Under the pieces are notes generated by a model, which was not told the origin of the DNA, did not search any database, and saw nothing but the letters and a program-made list of their open reading frames with translations. Below, one piece after another: positions 19,742-31,474 of a stretch of 64,000 bases of DNA (position 1 is its first letter; each line of letters opens with the position of its first letter). Origin of the DNA: Methanotrichaceae archaeon (GTDB lineage Archaea > Halobacteriota > Methanosarcinia > Methanotrichales > Methanotrichaceae); contig CAVVKN010000009.1 of NCBI GenBank assembly GCA_963748825.1, positions 32,001 through 96,000 of the forward strand. The letters are read 5' to 3'. The position numbers and the translations under genes are program-made.

Positions 19742-20608
19742 CTAGGGCCCGAGAAGAGCCATCAGCACATTCTGCAGATTTTCCCGGGCCACAAGTCCGG
19801 ATATTTCTATCTCGGAGCCTTTTGTGGAATAGCTGAGATTGTTTTTCGCGGCGATTTCCCCGGCCTTGCTGCCAACACTTGCCTGGGGCTGCAGATACCT
19901 AGCCTTCAAAGAAAAGCCCTGGTCCTGGCTTTTTGCTACTTTTACTCCCAGGTAAAATTCCTTGTATCCTCCGGAGAGGGGCATGCCCATGCCGCCGCTG
20001 CCTAGAGCCGCCACCTGCAGGTCAGCTTGCTCATCATCTATTAGAGTGAAGCTCTCCGCGGACAGACCTCCTGCAATCACATCTATGACGGGGCGCACAG
20101 AGTCCTGCGTCCCGAAGAGGGACGGCTTTCCATACACGACTGCATAATCGGTCCCTTCCGGAATCATCATGTAATCCTGATAGGGAATTACCAGGCCATT
20201 GTAGCCTATAAAGTAGGGCCGGATCTCATGAAACTCCGCCCAGGTACCATTGAAATTGACATGAGCCAGCTTTTCAATCTTGGTGCTGTAAATCTGGCCT
20301 GCATAGCTGAGGCCCAGGGACTGGGGCAAAGCTGCCGTCGCGGCATCCGTCAGATTCTGCGATGCACTCAGGTTGATCCAGTATGCCATGACGGTGCTCT
20401 CCGGAGACATCTGCAGGACATCCTTCAGTCCCTCGAAGTCCCATTCCACTAAGCGACCCTGTACCCCAAAGGTCTGCAAAGAGTCGCTGCCCGATGGCAC
20501 AACAACGTTCTCGTCCTGATTGCCGCCCATCATCACGAAACTTGCAAAGGCGGACAGTACCATGATAATGCCTACAAAGATAGCAAAAGCCTTAGCCGTA
20601 GATTTCAT
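19742..20608 (-). CDS. Hypothetical membrane-anchored protein
   Basis: 288-aa ORF with N-terminal TM helix. Confidence 0.7.
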   Translation of the reverse strand: MKSTAKAFAIFVGIIMVLSAFASFVMMGGNQDENVVVPSGSDSLQTFGVQGRLVEWDFEGLKDVLQMSPESTVMAYWINLSASQNLTDAATAALPQSLGLSYAGQIYSTKIEKLAHVNFNGTWAEFHEIRPYFIGYNGLVIPYQDYMMIPEGTDYAVVYGKPSLFGTQDSVRPVIDVIAGGLSAESFTLIDDEQADLQVAALGSGGMGMPLSGGYKEFYLGVKVAKSQDQGFSLKARYLQPQASVGSKAGEIAAKNNLSYSTKGSEIEISGLVARENLQNVLMALLGP

Positions 20609-20635
20609 CCGAACCTATGTCGCGAGACCAAATAT

Positions 20636-22094
20636 TTAACGTTTCTCCGAGGACCAGAGAGGTTCGTCCTGAACATAGCTTCTTTTCAGGCGAAGAGCGA
20701 TCTCTGCCCTCTCCAGTTCGCGACCCAGGTAACCGGCATGGTCCAGGCGGCTGACCAAACCCTTCTCGATGAGTGTATTGAGGATGTCGCGAGCATTCCT
20801 TCCCGCCACAGTTATGCTGCCGTTTTGAGCCATAATCAATCCCTTCGAGAGGAATATTCTGAAGCTTCCTCGATCATCCGGCTCATATTTGTGAGCTTCT
20901 TTCGCTTCCATGAACGTTTCAGGCATGGCTTCCTCCGGCAGGCGCCGCTTCTCCTTCAAGATGAGAAGGTCAAGGCCCAGGTCTTTGGGTGGCGCACAGC
21001 GCTTCCGGGCCAGCAGCATCATTCTCGAAGCCAGAGCAAGTTCGTGCACGCTTCCTGCCGCTTTGCCGCTGTACTCCGGGGTGAAAAGGATAGATGCGCC
21101 AGTCTCTGCGCCCAGGGCGGCTAAAAGGGCATTGACGCCAACGGTATCGGCGTCAATCAGCTCCGTTACATTTCCCGCTCCAAAGAAGAGAGGGATGTCG
21201 GGATGATCCTGCCGGAAGAGCAGGTACCTTTGCAGCGAAAAGGCCAGTCCCTGCAGAGGCGGATCGAGAACCGGATCAGCTATAATGGATATTCCCATCT
21301 CCTGGGCCCTTAACAGGTTCTCCTCCAACCTGATGGAGCCGGGACCGGGAATGATCACGGCCGGTACGCCTGCCCTGGCCACTGCCTCGCCTACCAGGGG
21401 AAGATTGCTGCCGTTTAAGCTGAGCAGCAGATCAGCTCCGACCTCCAGGCCTGCCAGGATCAGCTCAGGCCTGATGGTATCAATGCTTAGAGGGAAGATT
21501 TGTGGCCTTTCGGGCGGTTTGCAGCGCGGCTTGTACCTCATCAGGATTGGCATCAAGAGGGATGCCAAGGTCGATCATATCCGCGCCCTGCTCCTCATAG
21601 TAGCGGATCCTTTCCGCCAGAACCGCAGGGCAAAAGCGAGTGGCATCGACGATCTCCGCCAGAACCTTCATGCGAGAGCTGCCCCCGATCTTGACGCCCC
21701 GGATCTGCTGCGGCGCGCCTGCCATGTTCTCAAGCCACTCCACTTGATCGAGAGCATTCTCCCTCATCTTTCCTTCTAAGAGCTGGCAAGCAGGAACGGT
21801 GCGGGAGAGCTCTATTTTCTCCTTGGCAAGATGGTGTAGCACTATTCCCAGGTCAGCTGCGTGCTTGGGCCCCAGGCGGATCTTGGCGCCAAGAGCACGC
21901 TCTGCTTCCCGAAAATCAGCGGTTATGGCGCCGGGAATCAAGATGAGATCGTAGCCCTGGGGCGCTCTGCCCAGCAGCATCTGCGGGGTTATGAAGGAGG
22001 CTACATCTACATTCGCCACCAGCACGTCCGCTTCTCCGGCAAAAGCTCTGACCTGGGCTTGTGCCAGTTTGCCCGTGACCAGGAGGACTTTCAT
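20636..22094 (-). CDS. Dihydropteroate synthase-like protein with DUF4346-like tail (frameshift near 21490-21530)
   Basis: MKVLLVTGKLA..GADMIDLG in one frame; SIDT..DPVLDP..GNVTELIDAD..HAGYLGREL in another. Confidence 0.82.
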
Positions 22095-22095
22095 C

Positions 22096-22485
22096 TTAGC
22101 GCGCGTCGCAGTACCTCACCTCATCCACATCCAGCATAAGGGGCGTGCCTGGCTCAAAGTTGGTGATCTTCCTCACTCTTCCTACAGCCACCAGTTGCAG
22201 TTGTGCTCTTGCCGCCTGAGCCTCACGCTCTTCGTAGTAGTCCTCGCTGGATTGGACTGTGCGATGAGTAATGATCTGTAGAGCTCTTATGCCGGCAATG
22301 AGCCCTCCGGTTCCTGGAACTATATCCGGGGCACTGGACTCTGTGAGGAAGACCCGGTCTCCCGGCTGAACACCTAAAAGCGTAAAGAAGTTGTTGGGGC
22401 TCCTAATCTCCACCGTCCTGACTTTAGCCACAGTAAGCTCCTTCATCACATGTCTTGCCAATCCCGTTAGTGCTATGTAGATCAT
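22096..22485 (-). CDS. DUF473-family protein
   Basis: ALTG..RTVEIRSPNN..VFLT. Confidence 0.75.
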   Translation of the reverse strand: MIYIALTGLARHVMKELTVAKVRTVEIRSPNNFFTLLGVQPGDRVFLTESSAPDIVPGTGGLIAGIRALQIITHRTVQSSEDYYEEREAQAARAQLQLVAVGRVRKITNFEPGTPLMLDVDEVRYCDAR

Positions 22486-22491
22486 GAGACA

Positions 22492-23235
22492 TCACCCGTA
22501 CATTGGGAATTCTTTGGGCATCTGGGCTTGCTGTTCCTCGGTAGAAGCCCCTTTCATCTGCTGGGCCAGTTGCGCCATCTGCACCTCGATCTGCTCTGCC
22601 TGCTCGGAGAGCTTGACCGTGCTTATCCCTAAATCGTAGATCTTATTGAGCGTCTCGATAGTGGCTATGGCCGCTCTTGGATCTGGTTCCGCCGAAGCCG
22701 TCTCGCCCAAAAGGCAGATAGCGGGCAGTTTTTTTATGCGGCACTCGTTCATGATACTGCCGGTAATGCCGGTAATTGTTCCCAGCTCAAAGACTTCTGC
22801 TTTGTCCTTTATCTTATCGAGCAATTCCTGCTGGCTTACTGCGCCAAAGACCCGGTGCTCGTCGCCCATCACCGTTATGCCTGCCAGACAGATCATCTCT
22901 CGAGTACCTATGGACTCTGCAAAGGATACGATCTCCTTTCCAATCTCATAAGAGGCCAGGGGATGTACGGGAATGTCGGCGGTGAGAATTACTATGCCCT
23001 TGGCCGCATCCTCATAAATGCGAACCGGCATATTCACCACCCCGCCCAGCAGAACGGCCAGTGGCGGGAAGTACTTGGAGCTCATGGCCCCAAGATAGGT
23101 CATTTTCAGTTCGTTGACGATGTACTGGCTGGCGATATTGCCTACCAGGCCAATTCCAGGGAATCCCTCGATCAAGATGGGGTTCTTGACGGTGGGCTGC
23201 TTCTCAAGGATTACCTGGACAATTTCCTTATCCAT
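22492..23235 (-). CDS. Proteasome assembly chaperone (PAC2) family protein
   Basis: EGFPGIGLVG, PDPRAA, C-terminal MYG. Confidence 0.9.
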   Translation of the reverse strand: MDKEIVQVILEKQPTVKNPILIEGFPGIGLVGNIASQYIVNELKMTYLGAMSSKYFPPLAVLLGGVVNMPVRIYEDAAKGIVILTADIPVHPLASYEIGKEIVSFAESIGTREMICLAGITVMGDEHRVFGAVSQQELLDKIKDKAEVFELGTITGITGSIMNECRIKKLPAICLLGETASAEPDPRAAIATIETLNKIYDLGISTVKLSEQAEQIEVQMAQLAQQMKGASTEEQQAQMPKEFPMYG

Positions 23236-23256
23236 GCAAAAATGTTAGGCATTTAT

Positions 23257-23292
23257 CTGAGATAAGAGCATCGCTTACCTGAGATAAGAGCA
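23257..23292. repeat. 14-bp direct repeat CTGAGATAAGAGCA x2 in a divergent promoter region
   Basis: Exact copies at 23257-23270 and 23279-23292. Confidence 0.85.
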
Positions 23293-23420
23293 AAGCCTCC
23301 GAGACAGGATCTTTATTCAGTTCTCCACAATCCGCGCAAAGTTGAGCAAGCTTTTTAAGCAATACCTACTGCTAAGGAAATGCATAGCTGCAAACGATAA
23401 TTTGCAATTTCGGGGTCAAA

Positions 23421-25493
23421 ATGGCAAAGCAATATAGAGAGGTTATTGATCGGGCATTGGCCGAAGGCAGGACCTACCTGATGGAGCATGAGAGCAAAGC
23501 CGTTCTGGAAAGCCTGGGCATCACCACCACCGGGGCCGGGGTAGCGAAGTCAGAGGACGAAGCTGTAGAGATATTCCAATCCCTGGCCGCTCCCGTGGCT
23601 ATGAAGGTGCTCTCCCCGGATGTGGTCCATAAATCCGATGCCGGCGGAGTTAAGCTAAATTTAAGGGATGCCGACGAAGTGAGAGCCGCCTACCGGGAAA
23701 TCACCCAGGCATTCCTGGACAAAAAGGTAGCAGGCATCTCTGTGCAGAGGATGGCCCGACAAGGAGTGGAGGCCATCGTAGGAGTGGCCAATGACGCCAC
23801 ATTCGGACCGATTTTGATGTTCGGCCTGGGTGGAGTCTTCGTGGAGGTCTTAAAGGATGTCTCCTTCCGCTCCATTCCTATCTCTGCCTCCGATGCCAAA
23901 GATATGATAGAGGAGATCAAAGGCTATGCTCTGCTCCGGGGATATCGCGGCTACTCTTCCGATATTGAGGCACTGGAGAGGCTATTGATGGCCATATCAG
24001 ACTTTGTCATGGAGAATCCCGACATCTCGGAGATGGATATCAATCCGGTGTTCCTCTATCCGGATGGCTATATGGTGGTTGATGCCCGCATAATCCTGGG
24101 AGAGACAAGGCCCGGCCCCCCGGCTGCCGTCAAGCAGGACTTGCACGACCTGTTTTATCCCAAGAGCATTGCCGTCATTGGCGCCTCCGGCACGCCGGGA
24201 AAGCTGGGCTGGAACGTCTTTACCAATCTTGTCAGCCACAAATTCGGAGGTATGCTCTATCCCATCAATCCCAAGGCCGATGAGATTCATGGCTGCAAAG
24301 CCTATCCCTGCATCAGCGCCGTTCCTGAGCCAGTAGATGTGGCCATCATCCTCGTCTCGGCAGGCATAACACCGGACGTGGTTGAGGAATGCTGCAAGTG
24401 CGGTGTGCGCTACATTGTGGTCGAGTCGGCCGGCTTCGCGGAACTGGGTGAAGACGGCAAGAAGATTGAGCTGCTGATGAAGGATATTGCCGACAAATAC
24501 GGCGTGCGGCTGCTCGGCCCCAACTGCTCCGGCATCATCAACACCCATTGCAGCATGGTCCAATCCATCGGCATTGTGGATGCTCTATCCATGGGCAATA
24601 TCGGCCTGGTCTCGCAGGCAGGAGTGTGCGCGGCAGGAATGCTCTGGGGGCTGCGCCACATCATGGATTTCGGCATAATCGCTACCATCGGCAACAAGCT
24701 GGACATCAACGAGACCGATATCCTGGAAGCGGTAAGCAAAGACGAGAACATCAATGTCATCTGCATGTATCTCGAGTCCGTGAAAGGAGGGCGGCGTTTC
24801 ATTGATGCAGCGCGTCGCATCACTCTGGAAAAGCCCATAGTCGTTCTCAAGTCCGGCAGAACTGATGCCGGCAAAAAGGCAGTGGCATCCCACACGGCAT
24901 CCTTAGCAGGCAACGACCAGATCTTCAGCGCTGCCTTCCGCCAGTCCGGAATCATCCGTGCCCGCGATTATGATCACATGTTCAACCTGGCCCGCGCCAT
25001 CTCCAAGCAGCCGCTGCCAACAAGGGAAGGCGTATTCATAATAACCTATGCCGGCTCGCTGGGCGTAATCGCCGCCGATGCCATAACCGACAACGGCATG
25101 CGCCTCTCCGAGCTGGAGCCGCCCTTAAAAGAGCGGCTGAAGAGCCTGCTGCCTGATTATGTCTGCGGCATGAATCCTGTGGACTACACCTTCAGCCAGG
25201 ATGCCGAGACGGTGAAGAGGACCATCGAGATCGGTGTCGACAGCCAGGACGTGGGCAGCTTTATCGTTGTCTTGCAGGCGGAGATCCTGGATAGCTACGT
25301 AGATACTCTCAAGAAGATCGACTACAAGGGCAAGCCCATCATCGCCTGCGTGGCGGGAAAAGAGTTTGCTCAGCAAGATGTCATCAAAATGGAAAAGGCC
25401 GGCATCCCTGTCTTCGGCACGCCTGAGCAGGTGGCCGACGCCCTGGGCATCATGTACCGCCACCACAAGAGGGTCGCGAAAGAGAAGTCCTAA
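23421..25493 (+). CDS. Acyl/acetate-CoA ligase (ADP-forming), beta-alpha fusion
   Basis: ATP-grasp HKSDAGGV and DINP; CoA-binding VIGAS and GPNC; phospho-His motif ASHT. Confidence 0.9.
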   Translation: MAKQYREVIDRALAEGRTYLMEHESKAVLESLGITTTGAGVAKSEDEAVEIFQSLAAPVAMKVLSPDVVHKSDAGGVKLNLRDADEVRAAYREITQAFLDKKVAGISVQRMARQGVEAIVGVANDATFGPILMFGLGGVFVEVLKDVSFRSIPISASDAKDMIEEIKGYALLRGYRGYSSDIEALERLLMAISDFVMENPDISEMDINPVFLYPDGYMVVDARIILGETRPGPPAAVKQDLHDLFYPKSIAVIGASGTPGKLGWNVFTNLVSHKFGGMLYPINPKADEIHGCKAYPCISAVPEPVDVAIILVSAGITPDVVEECCKCGVRYIVVESAGFAELGEDGKKIELLMKDIADKYGVRLLGPNCSGIINTHCSMVQSIGIVDALSMGNIGLVSQAGVCAAGMLWGLRHIMDFGIIATIGNKLDINETDILEAVSKDENINVICMYLESVKGGRRFIDAARRITLEKPIVVLKSGRTDAGKKAVASHTASLAGNDQIFSAAFRQSGIIRARDYDHMFNLARAISKQPLPTREGVFIITYAGSLGVIAADAITDNGMRLSELEPPLKERLKSLLPDYVCGMNPVDYTFSQDAETVKRTIEIGVDSQDVGSFIVVLQAEILDSYVDTLKKIDYKGKPIIACVAGKEFAQQDVIKMEKAGIPVFGTPEQVADALGIMYRHHKRVAKEKS

Positions 25494-25520
25494 GGCTGAT
25501 ATCCGGGAAGTATCGACTGG

Positions 25521-25559
25521 GCCCCTGGTCCAGGAAATCTCACTTTCCTGGATTAGGCC
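25521..25559. terminator. Hairpin between convergent genes
   Basis: TCCAGGAAA-TCTCAC-TTTCCTGGA. Confidence 0.55.
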
Positions 25560-25561
25560 GC

Positions 25562-28500
25562 TTACGGTACTTCGTAATTGGATGCACAACTGCACAGGGC
25601 CGCATTCTCTTCCAGCTCATCATAATAAGCCTGCGCACCCGACGAACATTCCGTCATATTGCCGGTGATATTGAAACACGGGGAAGGATGCCATGCACCC
25701 CAATATCCAATAACCGTTGTAGCATTAAAGATCCTGGTTGCATTAATCTTGCTGTCTGCTCCCGTGTCCGCGCCTGTGTCCACTCCTAGGCAGCAGGGCA
25801 GCGGCTGATAGTACGTCTCGAACCTGGTGAAGTTATTGGCCTCAAGGACAGTATCCTTGTAGCTTGCCCTTGCGCTTACCAAATTCACATACCATTGTTG
25901 GCCATCCACCACTTTGGCCCTCAGCTTTATGGTCAGGGTTCTGCTTATGTCCAGAGCAGGAATGGTCCAGTTGATGATCTGACCGTTGACCTTCGGCTTG
26001 ATGCTGGAGTTAATGAACGTTAGCCCGTCGGGCAGGCGATCCGATACGTCTACGGGCTTTAGTAATTTATTGCCGTCGTTGGTAACGTTGATCAGGAAGA
26101 GAACCGTTTCTTCATCCAGCATGATCGCCTTCTTGCTGATGTTCAGGTGTGGATAGAGGTGCCTGGGCGCAGTGAAGACGCTGAGGGATGTGTCCATCCA
26201 GAAGCTGCCCACCAGGGTCTGATCCAGACGGATCTGTTCTTCCGGGTGGATCTTTTCTTTCTTGAGGAGTCCTTGGACCAGTTGGATATTCATGGTGCCA
26301 TTGAACTCACCTAGGATGGAGAGGGACGATTTCTCCATCTCCGCCTCTTTATTTATGTATGATGCCGACCGAATCGCCTCGCTGATGACAAGCCCCTTCT
26401 CCGGATCCCTGGTCCACATGCCTTCTTCCCACAGGGCTGAATAGTTGAGGTTATGTGAGCCTGCCGTCTGGTTTACTGGGGCATAGAGCATCTTCGAGTT
26501 CTTGACGACGGAGTCAAGCTGCATCGTCTCCTCGGAATTGTAGTAGCCGCTGCCATGCTCGAAAGATCTCTGGTTCCTGGTGGGCCTCTTGTCCGAGGCA
26601 ACGAACCCTTTTCCTTGAGAGGATTTGGAGTATTTGACGCTGTCACCATAGGAGTCGACGGACTCCTTCACTTTGAAGCTGCCATGATAGTCTTCGCTTA
26701 TCTCCACACTCGTTTTGTCGCTGCCAGGAAGCTGCTTCCTGTAGGCTATGCGGGCCAGGCCGTCGCTGAACTCTGCATCAGATTTGTAGACCGTCTGGTT
26801 CATATCCAGTACGTAGGAGCTGTTCTTGCTCAGCATATCCGTATAAAGATAATTCTCCGAAACCACATCGTTCAAGACGCGATTCTTGCCGCTGGAAAGG
26901 TCAGACCAAAGGGAATCGTATTCGATGCTCCTCTTGCCAGGCAGGGAAAAGGTGGTCTTTGCATGCTTGGCAAAGAGATCCCTTTGCAGGGTTATGCTCT
27001 TGTTCTCAAGCCGCAGACTGCTTCTTTCATCCTCCTCATAGTGACCGCTGCCATGCTCTGAGGTGCGAAGCTCAGTGCCAGGGGAACCAAGAATAGTGAC
27101 GGCTGAGGTGGAAGAATCGTTGCTTGGGGAAGTGTCAATATTCCCAAGATAATATCCCGATATGTTCGCCCGGTTTATGAGGGCCGATTTCTCGATGGTC
27201 GTGGAGAGCCTTTTGCTGACGTGGACGAAGCCTTCGCCCTTAACCGAGGAGGTTTCATCGAAGCTTATGTTCCGCTGCTTGGGGATGTGCGCATAAAGCA
27301 TTATGACGCCGTTCTCATTGGCCGCTAGCTCCTTGATTCTCCATGTGAGGATGTTGCCGTTGACAGAACTGGGGGCCGGGCTGACTCCCAAGAGGTCAAT
27401 TTCCGGGAAGATGTCTGTGATATTTATGTTTATAGCATTCTGATTGCTCTGTGAGTTCCCGTAGCGGATGGTGTAGGTGATATTCTCATCTCGATTATAC
27501 GCATTTTTATCAGCGGTCTTATTGATCCAAAGGGAGTGGACCACCGGAGTCGCCAGGGTCGCGTTGATGCCTTTGATCTCATCGGAACTGATCTTATAAG
27601 TGTTTATGATGGAGTTAAAGTTCCCCTTCTTCAATTTGACTTTGAATGATATCGTTCCATTCTCCCCGGGCCCCAGGTCTCCGACATGCCAGGGAGGAGT
27701 AGATGGATTGGATGGATCAGAGTCGACATTCTGGTCCAGGTAATCGTCAATTACCACGTCTTTCTGGGATGGGCCGTCGTTTCTGTATTTTATGGTATAG
27801 GTCAATTCTCCTTCTGATCCGACAATATCGGGTGAAGCGCTCTTTGTGATGGTCAACCCTGCCACAGAGGTATTGACGAGTGCGCAGATGCTGACATTTT
27901 CCCGGCCGGTCATGCACACTCGGTTTGTAATATTGGTGCCCCGTTTGGCAGCACCGATGACATTCCCCTTAATGGTTATCGTCCCCGATCCTCCCTTGGG
28001 AAGGTCTCCTATCGTCCAGGTATCAGTGGTCCCGGCATCAGGAACCGGACTAGGGGGCCAAAGGATAGTGAAGTTCCGGTCGTAGGTCTCCTTGATCACA
28101 ACCTCATGCACATCCTGGTCTCCGGTGTTCCGGTAAGATATGGTGTAGTCCAGAAAGTCACCCGGGTTGACCAGTTTGGCTGAGGCGGTCTTGGTCAGGT
28201 TCAGCCCGATGTTCGCCACGGTGGTGTTGATCTAACCTGTGCGCTGACGTTCTCCTCGCAGGCCATTTCCACTCTATTTCTTATCCACCAGGCCCGGGGT
28301 GACGGAAGAGCTGACCTTTGTCCTTATCGTTACCGTCCCCGACTCCCCTTTGGCCAGTTTTCCCAACGTCCAGGTGTCGAGGTCCCGAAGTCCGGTGCCG
28401 GTTCCGCCAGATCAGAACGGTCACGTTCCGGTCGTAGGTCTCCTTGACCACAACCCCGTGGCGTCTTCACCTCCCTGGTTCTGATAGACGATGGTGTAGT

Positions 28501-30141
28501 TCAGGAAAGCACCCCTGGGAACGGGATCCCGGTCGGCGGTCTTGGTTATCTTAAGAATCGGCAAGGGGCCGGAAGATCTCCAGAGTAAAGAAATCCGAGT
28601 TTGAGACGGTGCTGCCGTCGGCTGCCCGGGCCGTCACTGTGACTGTATTCTTGAGGAAGAACCTCTCCTGTAGATCCTGTAGCCCGGAGTCTTTCTGTAC
28701 TCCTTGCTCAGGACGTTCCCCTGAGAATCTACCACGAGACGGAGAGTGTCCCCGTTCTTAGTAATCTGTTGCCGTGTTGGTCCTATAGCCCGGATAGGGC
28801 ATGTCATACTGTATTTTGAGATACTCTTTTGTGCCCGGATAGTAGAGCTCCTCGGAGAGAATATGTTACCATTTGGATCATATCCGGTGGTGAGGACAGC
28901 CCCGATAGATAGGATCAATGTAGATGGTTTTATTCAGCTTGCCCTGTGGGTCAACAATCTTGCTTAGGCTCTCGTCCACACTTCGTTGGTATAGTTGTAA
29001 GAAGTAAAGTTGACTCCGCCCACAAGGCTGTGATTTATGACTCAAGGTGGACGCTCTCGGGTCGAAATGCAAAAGCATCTTCTTGGTGTTAGTCCATCTG
29101 TAATCACCAGGCGGGCCTTCATCTCCGTGAGCCTCTGGATGATCTCCGCAGTCCTGGTAGAACTGCTCCCGTCGGACATGATGCGAAGACGTGGGATAGT
29201 CCATGGGATCGGCCACGACATAGCTGCACTCGTACCACCAGGATTCACCCGGATCGAGCACACCATTGCCGTCATCGCCTCTGATGTAAACCGGCTGGCA
29301 GATCGGGCCCCAGTTGAAGGCGTCGTGAGGCTCACCTTCGATAAGGGCTGGCCCCCACGGTTGGTAACATTGTAGGTGTAAACGACAAAGTCGCCCACTT
29401 TGACCGGGGCGGTGAATATGCAGTCTTTCTTTATGCTGATCCCGGCCGCTTGCTGTGTCAGAGTGACTGTTGCAGTGGCAGTGGCTGGAAACCGTCTTGC
29501 CCTGGATATCGTTTGCTTGAGCCGTGAATGTGTCGCCTAGAGGCCCTGGCAGATCACGGTTACTTACCTTGTAAGATGCCGTGGCAGTTGTGCTCTCTCC
29601 TGGACCGAGCGTGGTTTTGGTCGGAGGTGATCGTCTCGATCAGGGAACTGCTCAGAGCTAAGCTGCTGAGAGTCACGTTTCCGGTGTTCAACACATCGAA
29701 TGTGTAGGTTACCATATCGTCTACGCTGGCTGTTGCGACCGATGAAGTTTCAGTAACGCCCAGAGCCGCAACATAAGGAAGAATCTGGAGCTTCAGCTCT
29801 TTTATCTCCTTGCAGCCCTCGATGGGAGGCGACACGATTAAAGTTATCACCACCTCTCTAGGAGATTCGACGACCGGCGCCTTCCAGCGGAGGACCTTAC
29901 CGGTGGATGTCGCGGGGCTGCCGTCGGAGGCTGTCCACTGGTAGAGGAACTCTCCTCCTTGAGCGGTCTCTGCCGTTAAGTTATGCGTGCTTCCGGAGCG
30001 CACATCCTTATCACTGTAGCATTGCAGGGAAGAGACAATAAGATATGATAATTAAGATTAAAGCTACTGCTAGAATATGTTTCTTCTATTGAGCATGCAA
30101 AGCCCAACCAAATATTTGTCTATGTCGGTGCAGCTCTTCAT
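25562..30141 (-). CDS. Large secreted DUF11/DUF7507-like repeat surface protein, split by several frameshifts in 28230-30140
   Basis: Repeated ITKTA..YTI.Y.N.G units in the 885-aa ORF and in upstream fragments; hydrophobic signal-like segment near 30030-30075; ATG 30141 preceded by AGG. Confidence 0.72.
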
Positions 30142-30197
30142 CGTCAACCTACTCTTTTGGCTCTTTGTTTTCTCGTATGCGGCATCATATCTATAGT

Positions 30198-31298
30198 TTA
30201 TACTTTATTGTATTTACAATAATCGCACTCAGATGGCCATGTTACGGTTACCTCCGGAATTGGCACGACGGTTACTGTCATGCTGCAACGGCTGATCTCT
30301 CTTGGAGGATTCTCTGTCGTGGCTACAATAACCTGCAAGTCGTGCAAACCCGGGGCGTAGTCCCTCCAATTAATATCGATGCTCTTTCCGCCATCTTGCG
30401 ACGCCCCTTCCATCTCCTGCCCATCCAGCTTCCAGCTATAAGCATGGGTCGAAGGATCGTCGATTTTGGCGGAATAGGTCTCAATTTTATTCGAGCAGGT
30501 AGTAGACAGACCATTGATGTCGCACCCAGTTACTGTATAGTTGCCAGGGTTTGCATAGCTATGAGACGGATTGTGCTCGCTTCTGTAAATACCGTCGCCG
30601 AAGTCCCAGTAGTGCAAATAAGGCTTCAGACTACCCCTAGTTCTGTCAGAGAAGTTGATGAGCCCGGCAGAACACGCCGGCGAATCGAAGAGAAAGCTTG
30701 GGGCCAGAGGAGTCTCTACTAGATACCCTGTCCCGGAATCGTCGTAGTACTGGGAGTTACGATTAGCGCATTTGCGATTGCCGTCACCGCAGCCAGTTCC
30801 TTTGGTCGTCTCCCAGCTCAGGATGAGTCTGGAGAGCTTCACTTCATCTCCACAGTTCCATACAAGTCTGTATACGGGAAATGATTGGTTGGATTTTGGA
30901 GGAATTGAGTCCGTAATGCACAGGCCATTGTCATATGTAGATTGATTCAGGATTCCGTTTATGTACAGATCTGCTAGGAGGATGATTGCGTACCTTGGCG
31001 ATTTGGCATTGTTGCGGAATTCTGCCCAAAGATCTGCCTCTTGCCTTTCACCAGGGGTACAGGCTGAAAGCTCCTTGCCCATGTCATCCCCCAGCCATAG
31101 CCTCGATATGGTTACATCATCGGCTTGGCACTGGAAATTGCAGTGAGGCCAGTCGTCTGAAGATGCAACAGGCAGGAGCAGAACTAGGACGACAAGGTAG
31201 CCGATTTTAATCCGTATGAGGGCCCTGGCGAACCCGTGAAAAATAATCCGAGTCATCATCGTATATTTTTTTATATTGTTAATCGTTCTATATATCAT
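30198..31298 (-). CDS. Secreted PKD-domain protein
   Basis: Hydrophobic signal; YWDFGDG..NPSHSYANPGNYTVT. Confidence 0.8.
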   Translation of the reverse strand: MIYRTINNIKKYTMMTRIIFHGFARALIRIKIGYLVVLVLLLPVASSDDWPHCNFQCQADDVTISRLWLGDDMGKELSACTPGERQEADLWAEFRNNAKSPRYAIILLADLYINGILNQSTYDNGLCITDSIPPKSNQSFPVYRLVWNCGDEVKLSRLILSWETTKGTGCGDGNRKCANRNSQYYDDSGTGYLVETPLAPSFLFDSPACSAGLINFSDRTRGSLKPYLHYWDFGDGIYRSEHNPSHSYANPGNYTVTGCDINGLSTTCSNKIETYSAKIDDPSTHAYSWKLDGQEMEGASQDGGKSIDINWRDYAPGLHDLQVIVATTENPPREISRCSMTVTVVPIPEVTVTWPSECDYCKYNKV

Positions 31299-31437
31299 TT
31301 TTGTGTTGCACTCTAAATCTTGCGATTTATCTATTTATTTATAAAATGCAATAAATTAAATATTACCTAGGCTTTCGGTTCATCATAGATTTTTAGCAGG
31401 TCCAGAGGATAAGGAGAACCGATCTCTAGGCCAAAAA

Positions 31438-31474
31438 GTTGGAGAGCATCGCGGATGAGGATGCTCTGCCCAAC
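31438..31474 (-). terminator. Stem-loop immediately after the 226-aa gene
   Basis: GTTGG-AGAGCATC ... GATGCTCT-GCCCAAC inverted repeat. Confidence 0.6.
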
